This document shows, piece after piece, positions 23,648 through 36,510 of a stretch of 64,000 nucleotides of DNA. Position 1 is the first letter of the stretch. The number at the start of each line of letters is the position of its first letter. The DNA is taken from the NCBI GenBank assembly GCA_010093815.1, contig ML996579.1; one strand, written 5' to 3'. The stretch is from Pseudovirgaria hyperparasitica. Its lineage: Eukaryota. The notes under the pieces were generated by a model that worked only from the letters and a program-made list of their open reading frames with translations, was not told the origin of the DNA and did no database searches. Position numbers and translations under genes: made by a program.

Positions 23648-25141
23648 ATGCCCTCGCAGCAAGCCACATTAGTCGATCCACCTCAAGCCGCTCGAGCGGC
23701 TGGATCAGAGAATGATGTGTGGGTTTCTTGGACCCCCGGAGTGAAGGGTGGCGGCAGCCGAGGCTCTGGTGACTCGACAACAACAAGCAGTGAACTTGCG
23801 CTTCGAAGGAGGAAAGTAAGAGCACAGGCGTCGAGATCGAGTGCGCCACAACGCAAGGCCACCATGGCCGAGAGGCTCCAACGCCAGATTCGTCAATCTC
23901 AGTCTGCGTCGCCTGATAATCCCCGAGACGTCAACCGGGTCCTCAGTCAAGCCAAAAGTCTAATCATGGCACTAGAGACTACTGCACCCATGAGCAAGGA
24001 AAGCGTCGATTTCAAGAATTTTGTGCAGGTCTTGCATCAGCTTGAAGATCAAGCTCGGTGGCTGCGGGAAACACTGGACCAGACAACTCTCTCGCAACAA
24101 GCCATCAGGTCACTCTTAGGCGACGCCATGACTATCAGCCCGTCACTCTTCCAATCGACCTTGTTTGTCTCGGGCACGTATAGTAACACGTGTGGACTAG
24201 CTCCGAGTGAAGTTCAGCTCGGCGTCGGTATGTTGTTCATGCGAGGGAGTTCGCTGCATGCGGTCAACGAAGCACTAAAGGCCGCTACCGAAAAAGAGCA
24301 TTGGACGTCAATGGCAGTGGCACTTCTAGCAGGTTGGGAATTGCAGTTTGGGGACAAGCAAACATACGAGATACACATGGAAGCATGGCGCCAGCTCTTT
24401 GACGCACCTCCCGACCTGCACGAGAATAGCATATCACTACTGCGAGACGTTGCTTTTGAGACCCTCAGAGAACGACTCAACCAGCTTTCGGCGACCATAT
24501 CAAAGGCCACCATCCAGCGAGCTCTGCCGCCCGGCTTCCTGGTTCTGGGGGCTACGCGACCGGAGACGATCAGTCTTCTCTCCCTCACGCAACAAGCCAT
24601 GCAATACGACCTGACCACGGACAACCCTCCCTCGCATATTCGATATCTTGGTTTGCAGACGATTTCCTGGACTCCGCATCACAGCGACACCCTTGTGCCA
24701 TCTCCAACATTCGAGGGCGCCTGGGAGCAGCAGGAGCTCATTGCTCTCTACCACCTTCGCGCCGCTCTGATATCTATCGTCGCCCTACACTCGTACCACG
24801 CACACACGCTTCACAATGCAGTCTCGTATCTCGACATCATGCATGCCACGCTGATACATGCTCAATCCTGCCAGCATCTCCGGACACAGTCCTTGATCGG
24901 GACAAGGTATCAGTCGATGGCACTATGGGCCCGCTACGTTCTGTGTTCGATCTCTGAAGTGCCCGGCTCCGAAACGCTGCTTAGACACTGGCTGATTGGT
25001 GCTGGTATCACGACGTGGGAGCAGATCAGCAGCCTGCTGCGTGCACACCTCTTTCTCGGCACCTTTGCGACGTCAGCGCATCATCTCTACCTGAGACTGT
25101 TTGGGAGGCTTGAGGTGGAAGCTGGGCTACAGACCTGGTGA
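23648..25141 (+). CDS. Hypothetical protein resembling fungal transcription-factor-like proteins that lack a Zn2Cys6 cluster
   Basis: About 497 aa, intronless. N-terminal VWVSWT...RRRKVRAQASR basic patch and a helical domain with AVALLAGWE..FGD..TYEIHMEA, reminiscent of fungal TF middle regions. The family call is tentative. Confidence 0.65.
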   Translation: MPSQQATLVDPPQAARAAGSENDVWVSWTPGVKGGGSRGSGDSTTTSSELALRRRKVRAQASRSSAPQRKATMAERLQRQIRQSQSASPDNPRDVNRVLSQAKSLIMALETTAPMSKESVDFKNFVQVLHQLEDQARWLRETLDQTTLSQQAIRSLLGDAMTISPSLFQSTLFVSGTYSNTCGLAPSEVQLGVGMLFMRGSSLHAVNEALKAATEKEHWTSMAVALLAGWELQFGDKQTYEIHMEAWRQLFDAPPDLHENSISLLRDVAFETLRERLNQLSATISKATIQRALPPGFLVLGATRPETISLLSLTQQAMQYDLTTDNPPSHIRYLGLQTISWTPHHSDTLVPSPTFEGAWEQQELIALYHLRAALISIVALHSYHAHTLHNAVSYLDIMHATLIHAQSCQHLRTQSLIGTRYQSMALWARYVLCSISEVPGSETLLRHWLIGAGITTWEQISSLLRAHLFLGTFATSAHHLYLRLFGRLEVEAGLQTW

Positions 25142-25860
25142 ACAGACATATTGGCATCATTACGTCGGTTCAGCTATCTGACGGGGATTTTTACTCGTCG
25201 ATTCTCTGTCTATCGGGACGCGGACTAAGATATCACTCTCGTACAGAACGCCTGAAGTTCATGCTATGCGCAGATGATGGGTCTTGCTAGACTATGCGTA
25301 GGTATGTACTGGTACACTGCTGCGCCATTTGGTATGTACAAGTTCTGGCACGACTTGGCTGTACTTGATTTCAACATATATAGCCTTGTCCATCCTGTAC
25401 AGGGCAAGTGCCAATGGTTATATACACTTCAAGTGAGAATAGCCGCCGCAGGAACTCGGATCATCAACATATACCGCTCTATGGCTTTCAGCGCATGCCG
25501 GATGCCCACAGAGAGAGACACAGAGTAAAAGCGGCCACTGGCTTCCGACATATGTATTTTAGCCGATCTGGATGTCAGCACGTCGCTGCCGATAATTTTT
25601 GAACGGACGCCTTAGTTCCTAGTTCGGAAGCCTAACCACTCTCGGGTTGACCTACTACCTACGTACCTACAAGGCTAAGCCGAGGCCGAGGTCTGGACGT
25701 TCACCTGCCTCCACAAACGCTACCCTATAAAACCAAGTACAAGTTAATTCACACACATGTAACAACTTTGTCAGTGTAAAGCAATCAATCCGATCTCCAA
25801 CTCAAGCGACGCCATAACCAGGTGAAAGAAAAGAAAACCCCAGGTCATCCCGAACCAGCA

Positions 25861-26515
25861 ATGTCATCCGAGGGCTTCTTCGCCGCCCTCGCAGCAGGCA
25901 ACGTCAATCTCTCCATCGCCTCGCTTCCGCTGACGCTCCTGCTCGCCGCTCTGCCGCACTGGTACTCCATCTACAAGGCCGAATCGAGCAAGGTCCAGGG
26001 CGGCTGGACGAACCAGAACCCACGCGCCTTTGTCGCGCGCCTCAACGCCAGAGCCGCGTCCGGCAAGAAGTTGAGCGATGTCGAGGAGCTGATCCTGCGT
26101 GGCCAGGCCGCGCAGCAGAATGGCTTCGAGCACTGGGCGATCTGGGCTGTTGCTGTGGTGAGTCTTGATCGTCCTATTTTGACCTAAACCTAACCCTTGC
26201 GCTTTCTGGCCTGGGGATGTGTGGCAGGACGGAAGGAAGGAAGCAATGAGGCAATGTTATAATCATCGCAAGTGTGCTGTGCTGTGCTGTGGTGGCTGAT
26301 CATATATCCAGGTCTTCGGACACCTCGCCAAGATCCCCAAGGCGGACATGGATCGCTACACCACCATCCACATCGTCTCGCGCGTGCTGTTCTACTACTT
26401 CTATCTGACCATGGGCACGCGCCGCTCGAGCTATCTCCGCACGGCCGTGTTTCAGGCCACGCTGTACCCGGCTATTGCGGTGTTTTTGCATGCTGCTAGG
26501 GTGGTTCCTGCGTAG
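25861..26515 (+). CDS. MAPEG family membrane protein, 2 exons
   Basis: NQNPR and RGQAAQQNGFE (MAPEG R..AA..N.FE motif). Intron 26158-26311 (GTGAGT...CTGAT...CAG). Exon 2 reads VFGHLAK...SRVLFYYFY...SYLRTAVF...VVPA*. Confidence 0.88.
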
Positions 26516-27100
26516 GGTGGGCGGGTAGGTAGGTAGATCGGGGAGCTTGGAGAGGTGTATGTGTGGATCAGTGTGTGTGGATCGGTGTATGGGGATCAGT
26601 GTACGGGGATCAGTGTATGGAATGGTTTGTAGCAATGTGTGGTGTTTTGGAACCTCGAGCATTTGCAGGATGAAAAACAGGGTTTAGATGGAGACATAAA
26701 GACGTCTTGTAAATGATATAGCCTGGGAAAAATGAAGAAAGACGACGCTATCACGTCCCGAATCGAGGCGTATACGGCGGCATCGGGTGATTAGAGGGCG
26801 GAGCAACCCGTGGAGATGACCCTCGTTCGTCTCTGACAATGACAGCTGCCAAGCAGTGATATCTCGACGTTCTTCTTTCTTTTTTTGACTTTATTCAAAT
26901 CATCTCAAGTCATGATCTGGGATTACCCCGGTTAACTTTTTCCTCCCGGGGGTGGGGAAACGCTCTGCATTTGGTGAAAATGATGACTACTGTATGTCGA
27001 TGGCTTTTTTTTTGGAAAGATAGACTGCTTTTTGTATTGTTTAGTAGGTACGGTACGTAGTAGTTTACGGTCGCTTGCGATTAATGGGAATGATATCGGG

Positions 27101-27139
27101 ATGATGATGATGATAGTGATGACGATGATGATGATGATG
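27101..27139 (+). repeat. Imperfect (ATG)n microsatellite
   Basis: atgatgatgatgatagtgatgacgatgatgatgatgatg. Confidence 0.9.
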
Positions 27140-29521
27140 TCTATTTTCCCCGTTTCATGAGCCGGGTATTGAGTGACAAAAGGCTCGGAGCTGGATTGGT
27201 AGTGGTGGTGGTTAGATGTCTGGGAAAGAAGTAATTGGAATCAGACGGACGACAAGGAGACTTTTTTCCGTTAGAGTTCCAAGTTGCCTGTCATAATTAT
27301 CGTGTCAAGACTCGAGACTCGAGACTGAGCAAAGAAATCTGCGACCGGGTTTGTTCGAGCTTGCGTAACAAGTCCCGGCCGGGCTCTTTCAAGGGTTTCT
27401 GTTCGCTTGATTTGCTTTTCGGGTACGCCCTCGACAGAGTCAGACAAGCTCGGCAATCTCGCGTAGTCGAGCATTGAATCTAGAGGCGACGAGTAGACTT
27501 CGCAAGCCCACGTTACACATGGTGGATAAGCGCAAGACACCACGTGAATCGCCGAAGCAGGCAGGCTAGATAGATAGAAGGGAAGAAAGCTGCGGTGAGG
27601 CGGCAATTTCAGCAACTGTATTTTTTTATGGGGGTGGATGCCCAGTGGACGCGGCACTAATGATGACTGATTTGGCACCGCATCGCAAGGAAAAGAAAGA
27701 AACCAGCCAAAAAACAACGTCAGGGTTCTTCTCATCGGGTCGTTCATATCAAAGCCCACTCTTCAAACTCAAAGGGAGTTTTTCTTCAATTGCGGCGAGG
27801 GGGCTTGACTCGCCGAGACTTGCTCTTGTCCGACAGACATCATGGACGGTCGACGACTGCGCACTTACTGGTGCGATGGCGGTAGATGAGCAATTGGGAC
27901 AACAGCCCGGTAACGGCGACGCGACGTGCGGAAACGTTGACGTGGTAGTAATCATGGCGGAGACGTGGATAATTGTCATGGTCTGCCAGAGAGACATTCG
28001 AGAACCCCCCCCCCCTCCCTCCGGAACAGCCAATCAGCGAATCCATCCGTCCCGAGAGCAGTGTTTTAGAACCACCGGAAAGCGCAGTGTTGTCTAGACC
28101 CGAGATGTCAAATAAAAGTGTCAGTCTGTCAATCTGTCGTCAAAGATGTCAATGTGTCAAGCGGTCATGGGTGCCACGCCTGCAGATTCTCTACAATTAG
28201 ACATCATTCTATGTATCCATATCGCCGGCCCAGGGGTGGTGCTGGGCTCGGGATGCATTTGCATCTGCATTCACCAATCTGTCGGAACGATGTGTTGAAT
28301 GATGCATGCCATCTGATAGTAGTGCGTTGTTCGCGAGTCATAAGCGCGCGGACTTTTTGGTCGGTTGCCTTGGAGAACATCCAACTCGTTTACCGGCGGT
28401 CGGTCACATATGGAGATGCTGATGTCAATGGTGTTTTCCAGCCTCAATCCATCCATTGCCGCTGTTGGTTTGGGTGGAGAGCAGTCTTCACTCCATGCAT
28501 GTCGACAGTACTCAGGCCTCTCCGTAAGGCTTCACGGATTACCGGTCATGTTGCATCTGTACTTGCAGTTGCAGTTGCAGTTGCATGGATGCTGCGCTGA
28601 TGACATGGCACCTCCAGGTTTACTGGGTCAAAGGGAGCACTTGGGAGGGGCGTAGGCATCTGCTATTTGGAATATATCACCATGCTTCTGTGTTTTTCCC
28701 CCCAACAGCATCGTCTGCCCTGGTTCTCCAATGCCCATTGGAGTCGTTACAGGAAAGATTCGCCTAAGAATCCCGCCGACTCTTGTGTCTGTCTCTGTCT
28801 CTGTCTCCGTCTCTCAACATCTGTCCTTGACGACTCTGCCAACTCAACCCCGATCTCTCTGCAAACACCGCCGCCCTCTAATCAAGTCCCGAGCCATTTT
28901 TATTCGCACCCACGGCGACCACGCTCTTCGGCATGTCTGCCATCATCTCGGGACAGCATGCCGATCCACAATTCTTTTAAACTCTGCCTTGAAGTTCTCT
29001 CCTGGCTCCCCTGCTTCATCATATGCAGTCAATTTGTCAGAATGCTGCTGCTAACGCTCTATTGTCCATTTCTCTGATCCAGCAAGGCCTGATTTGTCCA
29101 CACTCTTTGTGCTCCCTCCATTGGCTGGATCCCGGTCCGTTACAAGGCAAACAATGCCTTTCGTCATCCCAACTGTCCAGCTCCAACTCTCGGTATTCAT
29201 TCAACGGGTCCGAGACATGCTGAAATCGCACATACGTGCTCAACAAGCTTGCAGCTAGCTCTATCTCTTTAGACGCCTGTGATCTTAAGGGTCCGCCGGG
29301 CGTGTACCTAACCCAACCGGACATTCTCGTGCCGATACTATTCACGCGTTTGTCATCTTTCCTGGTACCGGATCGAGATGTCATGCAGGTGTTTCAAATT
29401 ACTATTCATTCTCCATGTTTTCATCCCCCCCAATATATATGATAATGCCTCCCCTCCCTCCCCCTCCCTGCCTCCCATCCCATCTTTATGTAAACATTGC
29501 ATCTTTGTGAGTTTGCCCAGC

Positions 29522-29731
29522 ATGGCTACGCAAACATCGACTGCCTCCAGCGCTCAATCTACCTATTCCGTATCGTCAAATCACCCAAACACTGTGGAGT
29601 CATGGGCTCATTCAGTGCCTCCGCGATCCGCTCACGGCAACGCATATGCCACCGCCAGTCCCAATGACCCAGCTGTCAAAGCATACTACGAATACAAGAT
29701 GGCCATGTTCAGTCGGAAACCAGGAACGTGA
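29522..29731 (+). CDS. Small hypothetical protein (69 aa)
   Basis: ATG in good context (agcATGg) after a pyrimidine-rich leader. Protein-like translation MATQTSTASS...VESWAHSVP...DPAVKAYYEYKMAMFSRKPGT. It is the only plausible ORF in a 4.3-kb gap. Confidence 0.5.
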   Translation: MATQTSTASSAQSTYSVSSNHPNTVESWAHSVPPRSAHGNAYATASPNDPAVKAYYEYKMAMFSRKPGT

Positions 29732-30843
29732 CCGCAAGCATGCGCGTGTGTCTTGAGCGACACTCTCACACTCCTCCCTCCTCTTTATGGAATGTACCGT
29801 CCATATGGAATATACCCTCCCAACATCCAAATATCCGTCTCCGGTCCGCCTTGATGGCATACATGCATACATACATCCTGCGCGACAAGAAGCCTGCCTT
29901 GTGTGTATGTGTGTGGCTTTTTTGGTCCTGCATGGACTACTCTCCTCAAGCCGCCGGAGTAGCACGATCCGACATCGCGGGCCCTAACAGACGCCATTTG
30001 GGGAAACTCATTTCTGTATCACCACTCAAATCGCCTCAACACGGATCGATCCAGGTGTTCGGAAACTTCCGAGTCCAATTGCATTTAGCTTGGGTCCTCG
30101 GATGCCACAACACCACCAGGACCGCGGCGTGTTTTGTTCAAAGCGGTACTCTAATTAATCTTGTTGTATGTTTACTTGCCGCATCTCCGCGGAGTATACA
30201 TTACGACAATTGATCGACATGTCCTACCATTGTTCGGTGGAATCTGTCTCATGAGAGAACGAGATGGCGCTAAAGTATGTAAGATAAGATGCTGTTGATA
30301 TGGGTGAGGCACATTGATGCCGTGCAGTTACCGATATATGGGATAATTGAGAAATCTGAAAGGCGTCGCAGTTCGATATAGGTCATCGTCGGATGGGCGT
30401 GGGACTGCAAGGAGGACATTACCGTCGTGGTACTTATGCATAGCACCTCTATAGAAGAATGTCTGCGTCCGGTAGAACGCATGTAACAACACATGATAGA
30501 TATATATATTGTTGACAATTGATCACCCTTGCTGCCAGACTGCATTACTTTTGGCGTCTGTAGCAAGTAATTGAGATTTCACGATGTTATTCCCATCTGC
30601 CATTGACCTGTGAGATCTTCAGGTAAATATAACCCTCTTAAACAAAAGCACCCAAGTGTACGAATCTTTCCAAAGGTCTGCGCAGTAATCAAAGGCAGAT
30701 TTCTGCTGTGCATCTCCACGTGATCTCGTCGTCCTTCGGGTGTGCATGCACGGACCCTACCCAAGTCCGATTCTTTAATCGTCTGCGAATAGCAGCTGGT
30801 AGTCTTTTCCATCTCCCACAGCGCATCACGTTCTACGAACCTG

Positions 30844-31761
30844 ATGCTGCTCCCACGACGGCTCTGGACGCCCATCCGGGCCTCGAATCTGACCACCACG
30901 AAGACGATCCCCAAAACCCTCTCCCCAAACTCGCGAGCGCTCGATGACATACGCACCGCCGCGCTCACTCCTCTCTCCCTAAACCTCGTCCGCCATGCCA
31001 CGCACGCCTCCGAAGGACGCGCAAACGGAGCCAAAAACGGGCCTGGAAAGCGATTGGGAGCAAAGGTGACTGCCGGTAAGCTTCCGAATCCATCCTTTTT
31101 CTCCCCCCATAAAAGGCTTCATATCACCCACCATCCGTCAAACACACGAGCTAGCCACGACGACGGAGTTTGGCTGTGCGTTTCTTTCGATCATTGATTG
31201 AATGCTAACCACACATCATGAACAGAGGAATGGGTCGTTCCGGGCAACATCATCTACAAGCAGCGCGGCACGCTCTGGTTTCCCGGCGAGAACGTCGAGA
31301 TGGGCCGCGATCATACGCTGCATGCGGCCGTGGCCGGCTACGTGAAGTACTACCGCAACCCGGCCCTCCATCCGAAGCGCAAGTACATCGGCGTCGTCTT
31401 CAACCGCGACGATACGCTCCCGTACCCTCCCAATGCGGCGCGAAAACGTCGTTTGGGCATGGACGCGGTGCCGATTGTGGAAAGACAACACTCTATCGCG
31501 CAGGACATGACTATGGAGGTTGGAAGCCATAGGTTTGTGGCGAGGGATATACCGAGGAACATGAGGGGCACAGCGGGCACAACGAGACACGGGTATGCGC
31601 CGAGAATGGCTAATTGGGAGATTGGACGGGAAGCGGAGAAGTCTGCGGCCAAGGTTGAGCCGTTTGTGAAGGGTGATCGGTGGGCAGCATGGCGGAAAGC
31701 TGATGCGAGGGGACTGCGGATTACACAAGCTAAAACGCTGAGGAAGAGAAAGAGGAAGTGA
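30844..31761 (+). CDS. MRP7: Mitochondrial large-subunit ribosomal protein bL27m, 2 exons
   Basis: Arg-rich presequence, [25 protein letters not shown], intron at about 31076-31225, then [34 protein letters not shown] (L27 signature). Confidence 0.93.
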
Positions 31762-32079
31762 AATGGTGCGTCTGATACGGGTGTAAGATACGGTAGACCT
31801 GCGAGGGCATAGACTTCTCCTCTCGTGGGATATACGCTTCCTTGTGTATAAGATATGAATATATGGCTACGTTTTGCATGCCAATCGAAAGCTTCAACAA
31901 TTGAATAAAGATTCCTCCCAGTTCTTGGAAGTAGTTTTGGTCCCCCAAGTATCGTAGCCTCTTCAGCCCAATCTACCAGACCGGGACGCACATTGCTGGA
32001 CTGATCAGCACCAAGCAGCATTCGCAACACCGTCGCCTCACGTCCACCACCCTAGCTCTTCATTCCCAACCATCTCTCC

Positions 32080-32580
32080 TCACAGCCCAAGCCCCTTCCT
32101 CACACCATCCCTCACAATCCGTTCATACTCATCCCTCCTCTCCCTCCACATCCTCGCCGCATCCACATTCGCGGGACTCTCATCATTCGGCTCAGCCAGC
32201 ATACTCATCACACTAATCAGAATCTTCTCCACGCTCTGAATCGGACTCCACCGCTCACTCGCCTTCTCATACATCATCGGATCATCCCCGGGCGGATGCA
32301 ATATACTGATACACACCGCCCCGTTCGGATACACATTCGGGTGCCAGATATCGCAGGTGAAGCGCATCGTGGGCGGCGCAAGGGGGTAGTCCTTGGGGAA
32401 CACCAGCGTGGCCGGGAAGATGCCGCCTTCGAAGGGGGTGTCGGCGGGCCCGCTGATGAGGGCTTCCCAGGTGAAGAGGTCGTCTTCGCTGAGGGGCCCG
32501 GCGGTGATGCCGTCTGGGGGGTCGGTGGTCAGGGTGCGGTATTCGTGGAAGAGTCGTTTGGAGGCGACGGAGGTTGCCAT
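32080..32580 (-). CDS. UBC7: Ubiquitin-conjugating enzyme E2 (Ubc7/UBE2G2)
   Basis: [16 protein letters not shown] (catalytic Cys), the Ubc7-type insertion [28 protein letters not shown] and [13 protein letters not shown]. Confidence 0.96.
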   Translation of the reverse strand: MATSVASKRLFHEYRTLTTDPPDGITAGPLSEDDLFTWEALISGPADTPFEGGIFPATLVFPKDYPLAPPTMRFTCDIWHPNVYPNGAVCISILHPPGDDPMMYEKASERWSPIQSVEKILISVMSMLAEPNDESPANVDAARMWRERRDEYERIVRDGVRKGLGL

Positions 32581-33187
32581 GCTTGGTTTGTATATATGCC
32601 TTTTGGGGAGTGAGAGGTTTTGGAATGTGGGAATGCGTGGGGTGGGTTGGAGAGTTGTAGGGCGGAGTTGGGTTTAGAGGGCTGTTCTGACGTAGTGTTG
32701 GGTGAATACTGGGATGGTAGTGAGGTGGTGTTGTAGTGATTGTGAGTAAGTAGGTACCGATTGCTTGTAGGTAGGTAGGTACAACGTGGCGCGTGAGAGA
32801 GACATCCATGAATGGCAGGAGGCGGCTTGGAAGGGTTTGGTGGGGAGCTTGACGTAGCTTTGGGTGGGTTGCAAGTGCCCGCGCAGCCCCTACCTAATTA
32901 GCTGTAATTACTTCACGAACAATTCTTTCAATAGCAATCGTTAATTGCACGACCTGGTGTGTCTGTAGACGCTGCAAACGAGACGTCTTTATCTGCACTC
33001 TTTGTGTATTATGTTCCATGTCTCTAATCTCTGGGCCAAGTGCCCGCCTTACAATCATAGCTGAACATGCGGCAGCTCTTCAATATCTAAGCCCGACAAT
33101 ACCATGCAGTGTATGCCCCAACTCCACGCTATGCTGTACTATACAAAAAAGTACTTCTGTCGCCCGCGTCTCCCTCTTGTAGACTAC

Positions 33188-34047
33188 TCATTCGTACCCC
33201 TTCTCTATCTCCAGAGTCGCATCCTCCGTGCCCTCTCCGTACATCCAATATTGAATCCCTAGACCGCAGTCACACATGGCTTGAAACGCGCCACCCAGCT
33301 TGAAGGCCCAAGGCACACCACCCTCTCCTGAGCCAGAAGCGAAGAAGAACCACATCTTGAATGCATCTCCTACTAGCCAATTGACAAGGACCGAGAACCG
33401 GAACCCCTTGCAGCTCTTGCGCTGGTAGTTGGACAAAAGTTGTGGAATAGGAAGCATTGCCTCCGTTGCCAGTGCGGCGTATCCCTGCACCGTTGTATAG
33501 GACGAGAAGCTGCCCAAGACTATCTGCAGCACGAGGAGTGCGCCGGTATAGGAGGTGAGAAAGGCCCAGTATGGCCGGGTGGCTTTCCACTGCCAGAAGT
33601 CGTATGGTCGTCGAGTTTGCTGTTGTTGGAATGGTAGATGCGAAGGAGGAGCGCGGTATGTGAGAGCGACTTGAAGCAGAGCAACTTGGACCAGTATCAT
33701 CAATATTGCTTGAAGCAGGAGGGAGTAGGCGAATCGAGAGCCAAGCCACCAGAACAACCTACAGGTAGCGTTAGTCGGATGGGTGCGGATGATGTATTCT
33801 TATGCAGTTGGCTCACTTCAGTATTGACGCGACAAGCATGATGAGAGGGATATCAAGAGAGAAGCCTGCTGAGGTGCGGGTGCGGTGTATGGAGTAGATC
33901 TGGTCGGCATATGAGGTTATGGGTGATGTGACAATACTAAAAGAGGCCATATGTTAGTCAAAGCCCTAAATATCTGATACATCTTTCGCGTAGAGCAGCT
34001 TACAACACAGGCGCAACATGCGTTACAACCGCATTGAGGAAGCCCAT
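33188..34047 (-). CDS. PQ-loop repeat membrane protein (PQLC1/Any1-like), 3 exons
   Basis: Exon 2 SPITSYADQIYSIHRTRTSAGFSLDIPLIMLVASILK and exon 3 EAMLPIPQLLSNYQRKSCKGFRFSVLVNWLVGDAFK. GT-AG introns with CTAAC at about 33939-34003 and 33759-33817. Confidence 0.9.
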
Positions 34048-34665
34048 ATCTGCAGACAGATGCACGATGGAAGTGACGACTCGGGAGTTGCGGAATAAGC
34101 CCCAGAACGAGTCAGGGCGGATGGTGGTTATGGGTACGTTCGATGCGTCTTCCGGAGTGACACTCATTGGGACTTTTCTGGATTCAGCCGTGCGAGTCGC
34201 GTGGTAGTCGCGATCTGTCTGTGGTGTTGACCGCGACGTAGACAATTTTCGAAGGGATAACGCGAAATCGAGAAGAAGACCGGACGCCGGAATAGATTCA
34301 TGTCGATCAGGCCTAATTGTGTGTCTAGTGAGAAGTACTCCCCTTTGGTACCCGTACCTAGTCGCGTCTGCCAAGGAACAGAGGACCTCAGGCTCCGACC
34401 CAAACAGCACTAATTAATTATGTTCTTGATCTGCATCATGCCTCCTCATTGTTGGAGATGACAATAGCCTCAAATCATGGTGTTGTAGATCCTCTGTGGT
34501 CGCTGTCAGGAGGCAATAAAAATCACTATCACCGTGACAAGCACGCGTTCAAGATAAGCGGCCGTTATCGGACTGGCTTGGAAGTTAGAGCTCCTGCTTT
34601 CATGCTAAAGTTTTATTATTTTCATGCTTGATATCAGATACATCCGTCATCAGCAGGCTGCTCCA

Positions 34666-35358
34666 ATGGCTAGTCATTCAGCCTTCTTTTATGGCACGCT
34701 CATGGCGCCCGCCGTGCTCCATCGAGTGATTCACGGCTCATCAAATCCTCAACCATGGCAGCGAGACCTACTCACTATACGCCCAGCTATGTTATACGGA
34801 CATCATCGACACCGGGTAGCACATGCTGACTACCCGGCTGTGATCCCCTCATCCGAACCCAAAGCTTGCGTCAGGGGAACGCTCGTGACCGGGCTGACTG
34901 AAGGGGACCTATGGCGTCTCGATATCTTCGAGGGCGACGAGTATGAGCGCAGAAACATCCGAGCGAAGATATTGGTCGAAGAAGACGGTGAGAGTGTTGA
35001 GACTGACGAGGTCGAAGCACAAACATACATCTGGATCGCCGGGGAGAGTCTCCTGGATGAGACTGAATGGGACTTTGACGAGTTCGTCCGAGACAAGATG
35101 TCCAGATGGGTTGGTGCAGAGGGCGATGGTGAATACGCTGGTAGGCCTTCAATCATTGGTATTCGACGTTATTTTCTCCCCTCTTGCATCGTCGAATTGG
35201 ACAACTTCACACGACCTCTAACATAGGCAACAGAAGTAGACGAGGCCGTCAAAGCGCAAGACACAGATCCTACTCGTGGACGTGGACTGAACGGGAACAT
35301 CACTCGAGCATTACAGCAACACAGCAAGTCGAATGGGATTGTAGGCAGCGCCACTTGA
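34666..35358 (+). CDS. AIG2-like gamma-glutamylcyclotransferase-fold protein, 2 exons
   Basis: Motifs FFYGTLM, RHRVAHADYPAV and LDIFEGDEYER. Intron 35141 to about 35233; exon 2 reads EVDEAVKAQDTDPTRGRG...SAT*. Confidence 0.9.
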
Positions 35359-35744
35359 GGTAGCGCCACCACTCATACGGCGCGATAGGTTGCATCACTA
35401 GGATGAAGTGTGCGGTTGATTGAGATTTAGAGGGTTTTAGCGAGTGTTAATACGACTTCTCCGTGTAGTCGTGAAGTAAGGCATGCCACACGACAGATGT
35501 TTCAACATAATGCCAACAGTTGCAACATTTGTTGGCCCGAATTGGAAATACAGCGCGGTTTGTGGCGTCACGGCTCCCCACATAATACCGTGCCACCACT
35601 AGATGCTTGTAGTGAACACTACCTAGGAAAGTAATCAGCAAGTCACTCTGACCATTTTTACTGTCATTATGCGCAGCTCCGTCTAACCACTTCGCTTGTT
35701 CTGAACAACTTTACATTTCCAATCATATACAACGCACTTTAATC

Positions 35745-36510
35745 ATGGTTCTTGACGAGGAAAAAGCAATGAGGCTCAAGGCCACCCCAACAGTCCCCGT
35801 CAACTATGTCGCAGCTAAAGCGGGTGAGACTTTCAAGCTTGGGCAAATCACGATCAGGATCATGGAAGATGGGTATGGAAATATGGTCATGGTATAGGTC
35901 AACTCGCTGATGATATCAACAGATCGCGAACAGGTGCAAAGTCCCTCGTCATATTTCGTCCACGTCTCAACACTAATACCGGAGTCTACAGACAATAGAA
36001 TTGGATCCGCAGAGTTTACAGTGCCTGCTAAGACAAAAGGTCCACCAATGCACTGGCATGAGATGCACGGTATGGTGATGGCCCTTTTACTTCAAATCCC
36101 GATCTAACATTCTATCATCGTAGACGAAACATTCCTCGTGACACAGTAAGACTTGACATTTTGTAAACCACCTATTGCTGAGAATACTTAACACACCCAG
36201 GGGTACACTACGATTCAACGTGCTCGAAGACAAAGTCGTCGACGCCGCAACTGGCGATTATGTGGTAGTGCCGCCACGTGCACCGCATACATTCGAGAAT
36301 CCCTTTGACGAAGATGCCAAGTTCTTCAACACATACACGGTACAGTCGCTCATGAAGCCTCCCGGAGGATACGCACTGACTTCTCAGCCTGCATACTACA
36401 TCAACTATTTCAAGCTGCTAGCAACGATGGCAGAGGATGGGAAACCGATGTCGAAGGAGGCCAATATCGAAGCCATGGCCCGATACGCAACCCTGCCAGT
36501 CAAACAATAG
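35745..36510 (+). CDS. Cupin-domain protein, 6 exons
   Basis: Exons 35745-35872, 35923-35933, 35992-36069, 36124-36145, 36201-36339 and 36388-36510 splice in frame. The product reads IMEDGSRTDNRIG...GPPMHWHEMHDETFLVTQG...GDYVVVPPRAPHTFEN, giving both cupin metal motifs. Confidence 0.92.
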
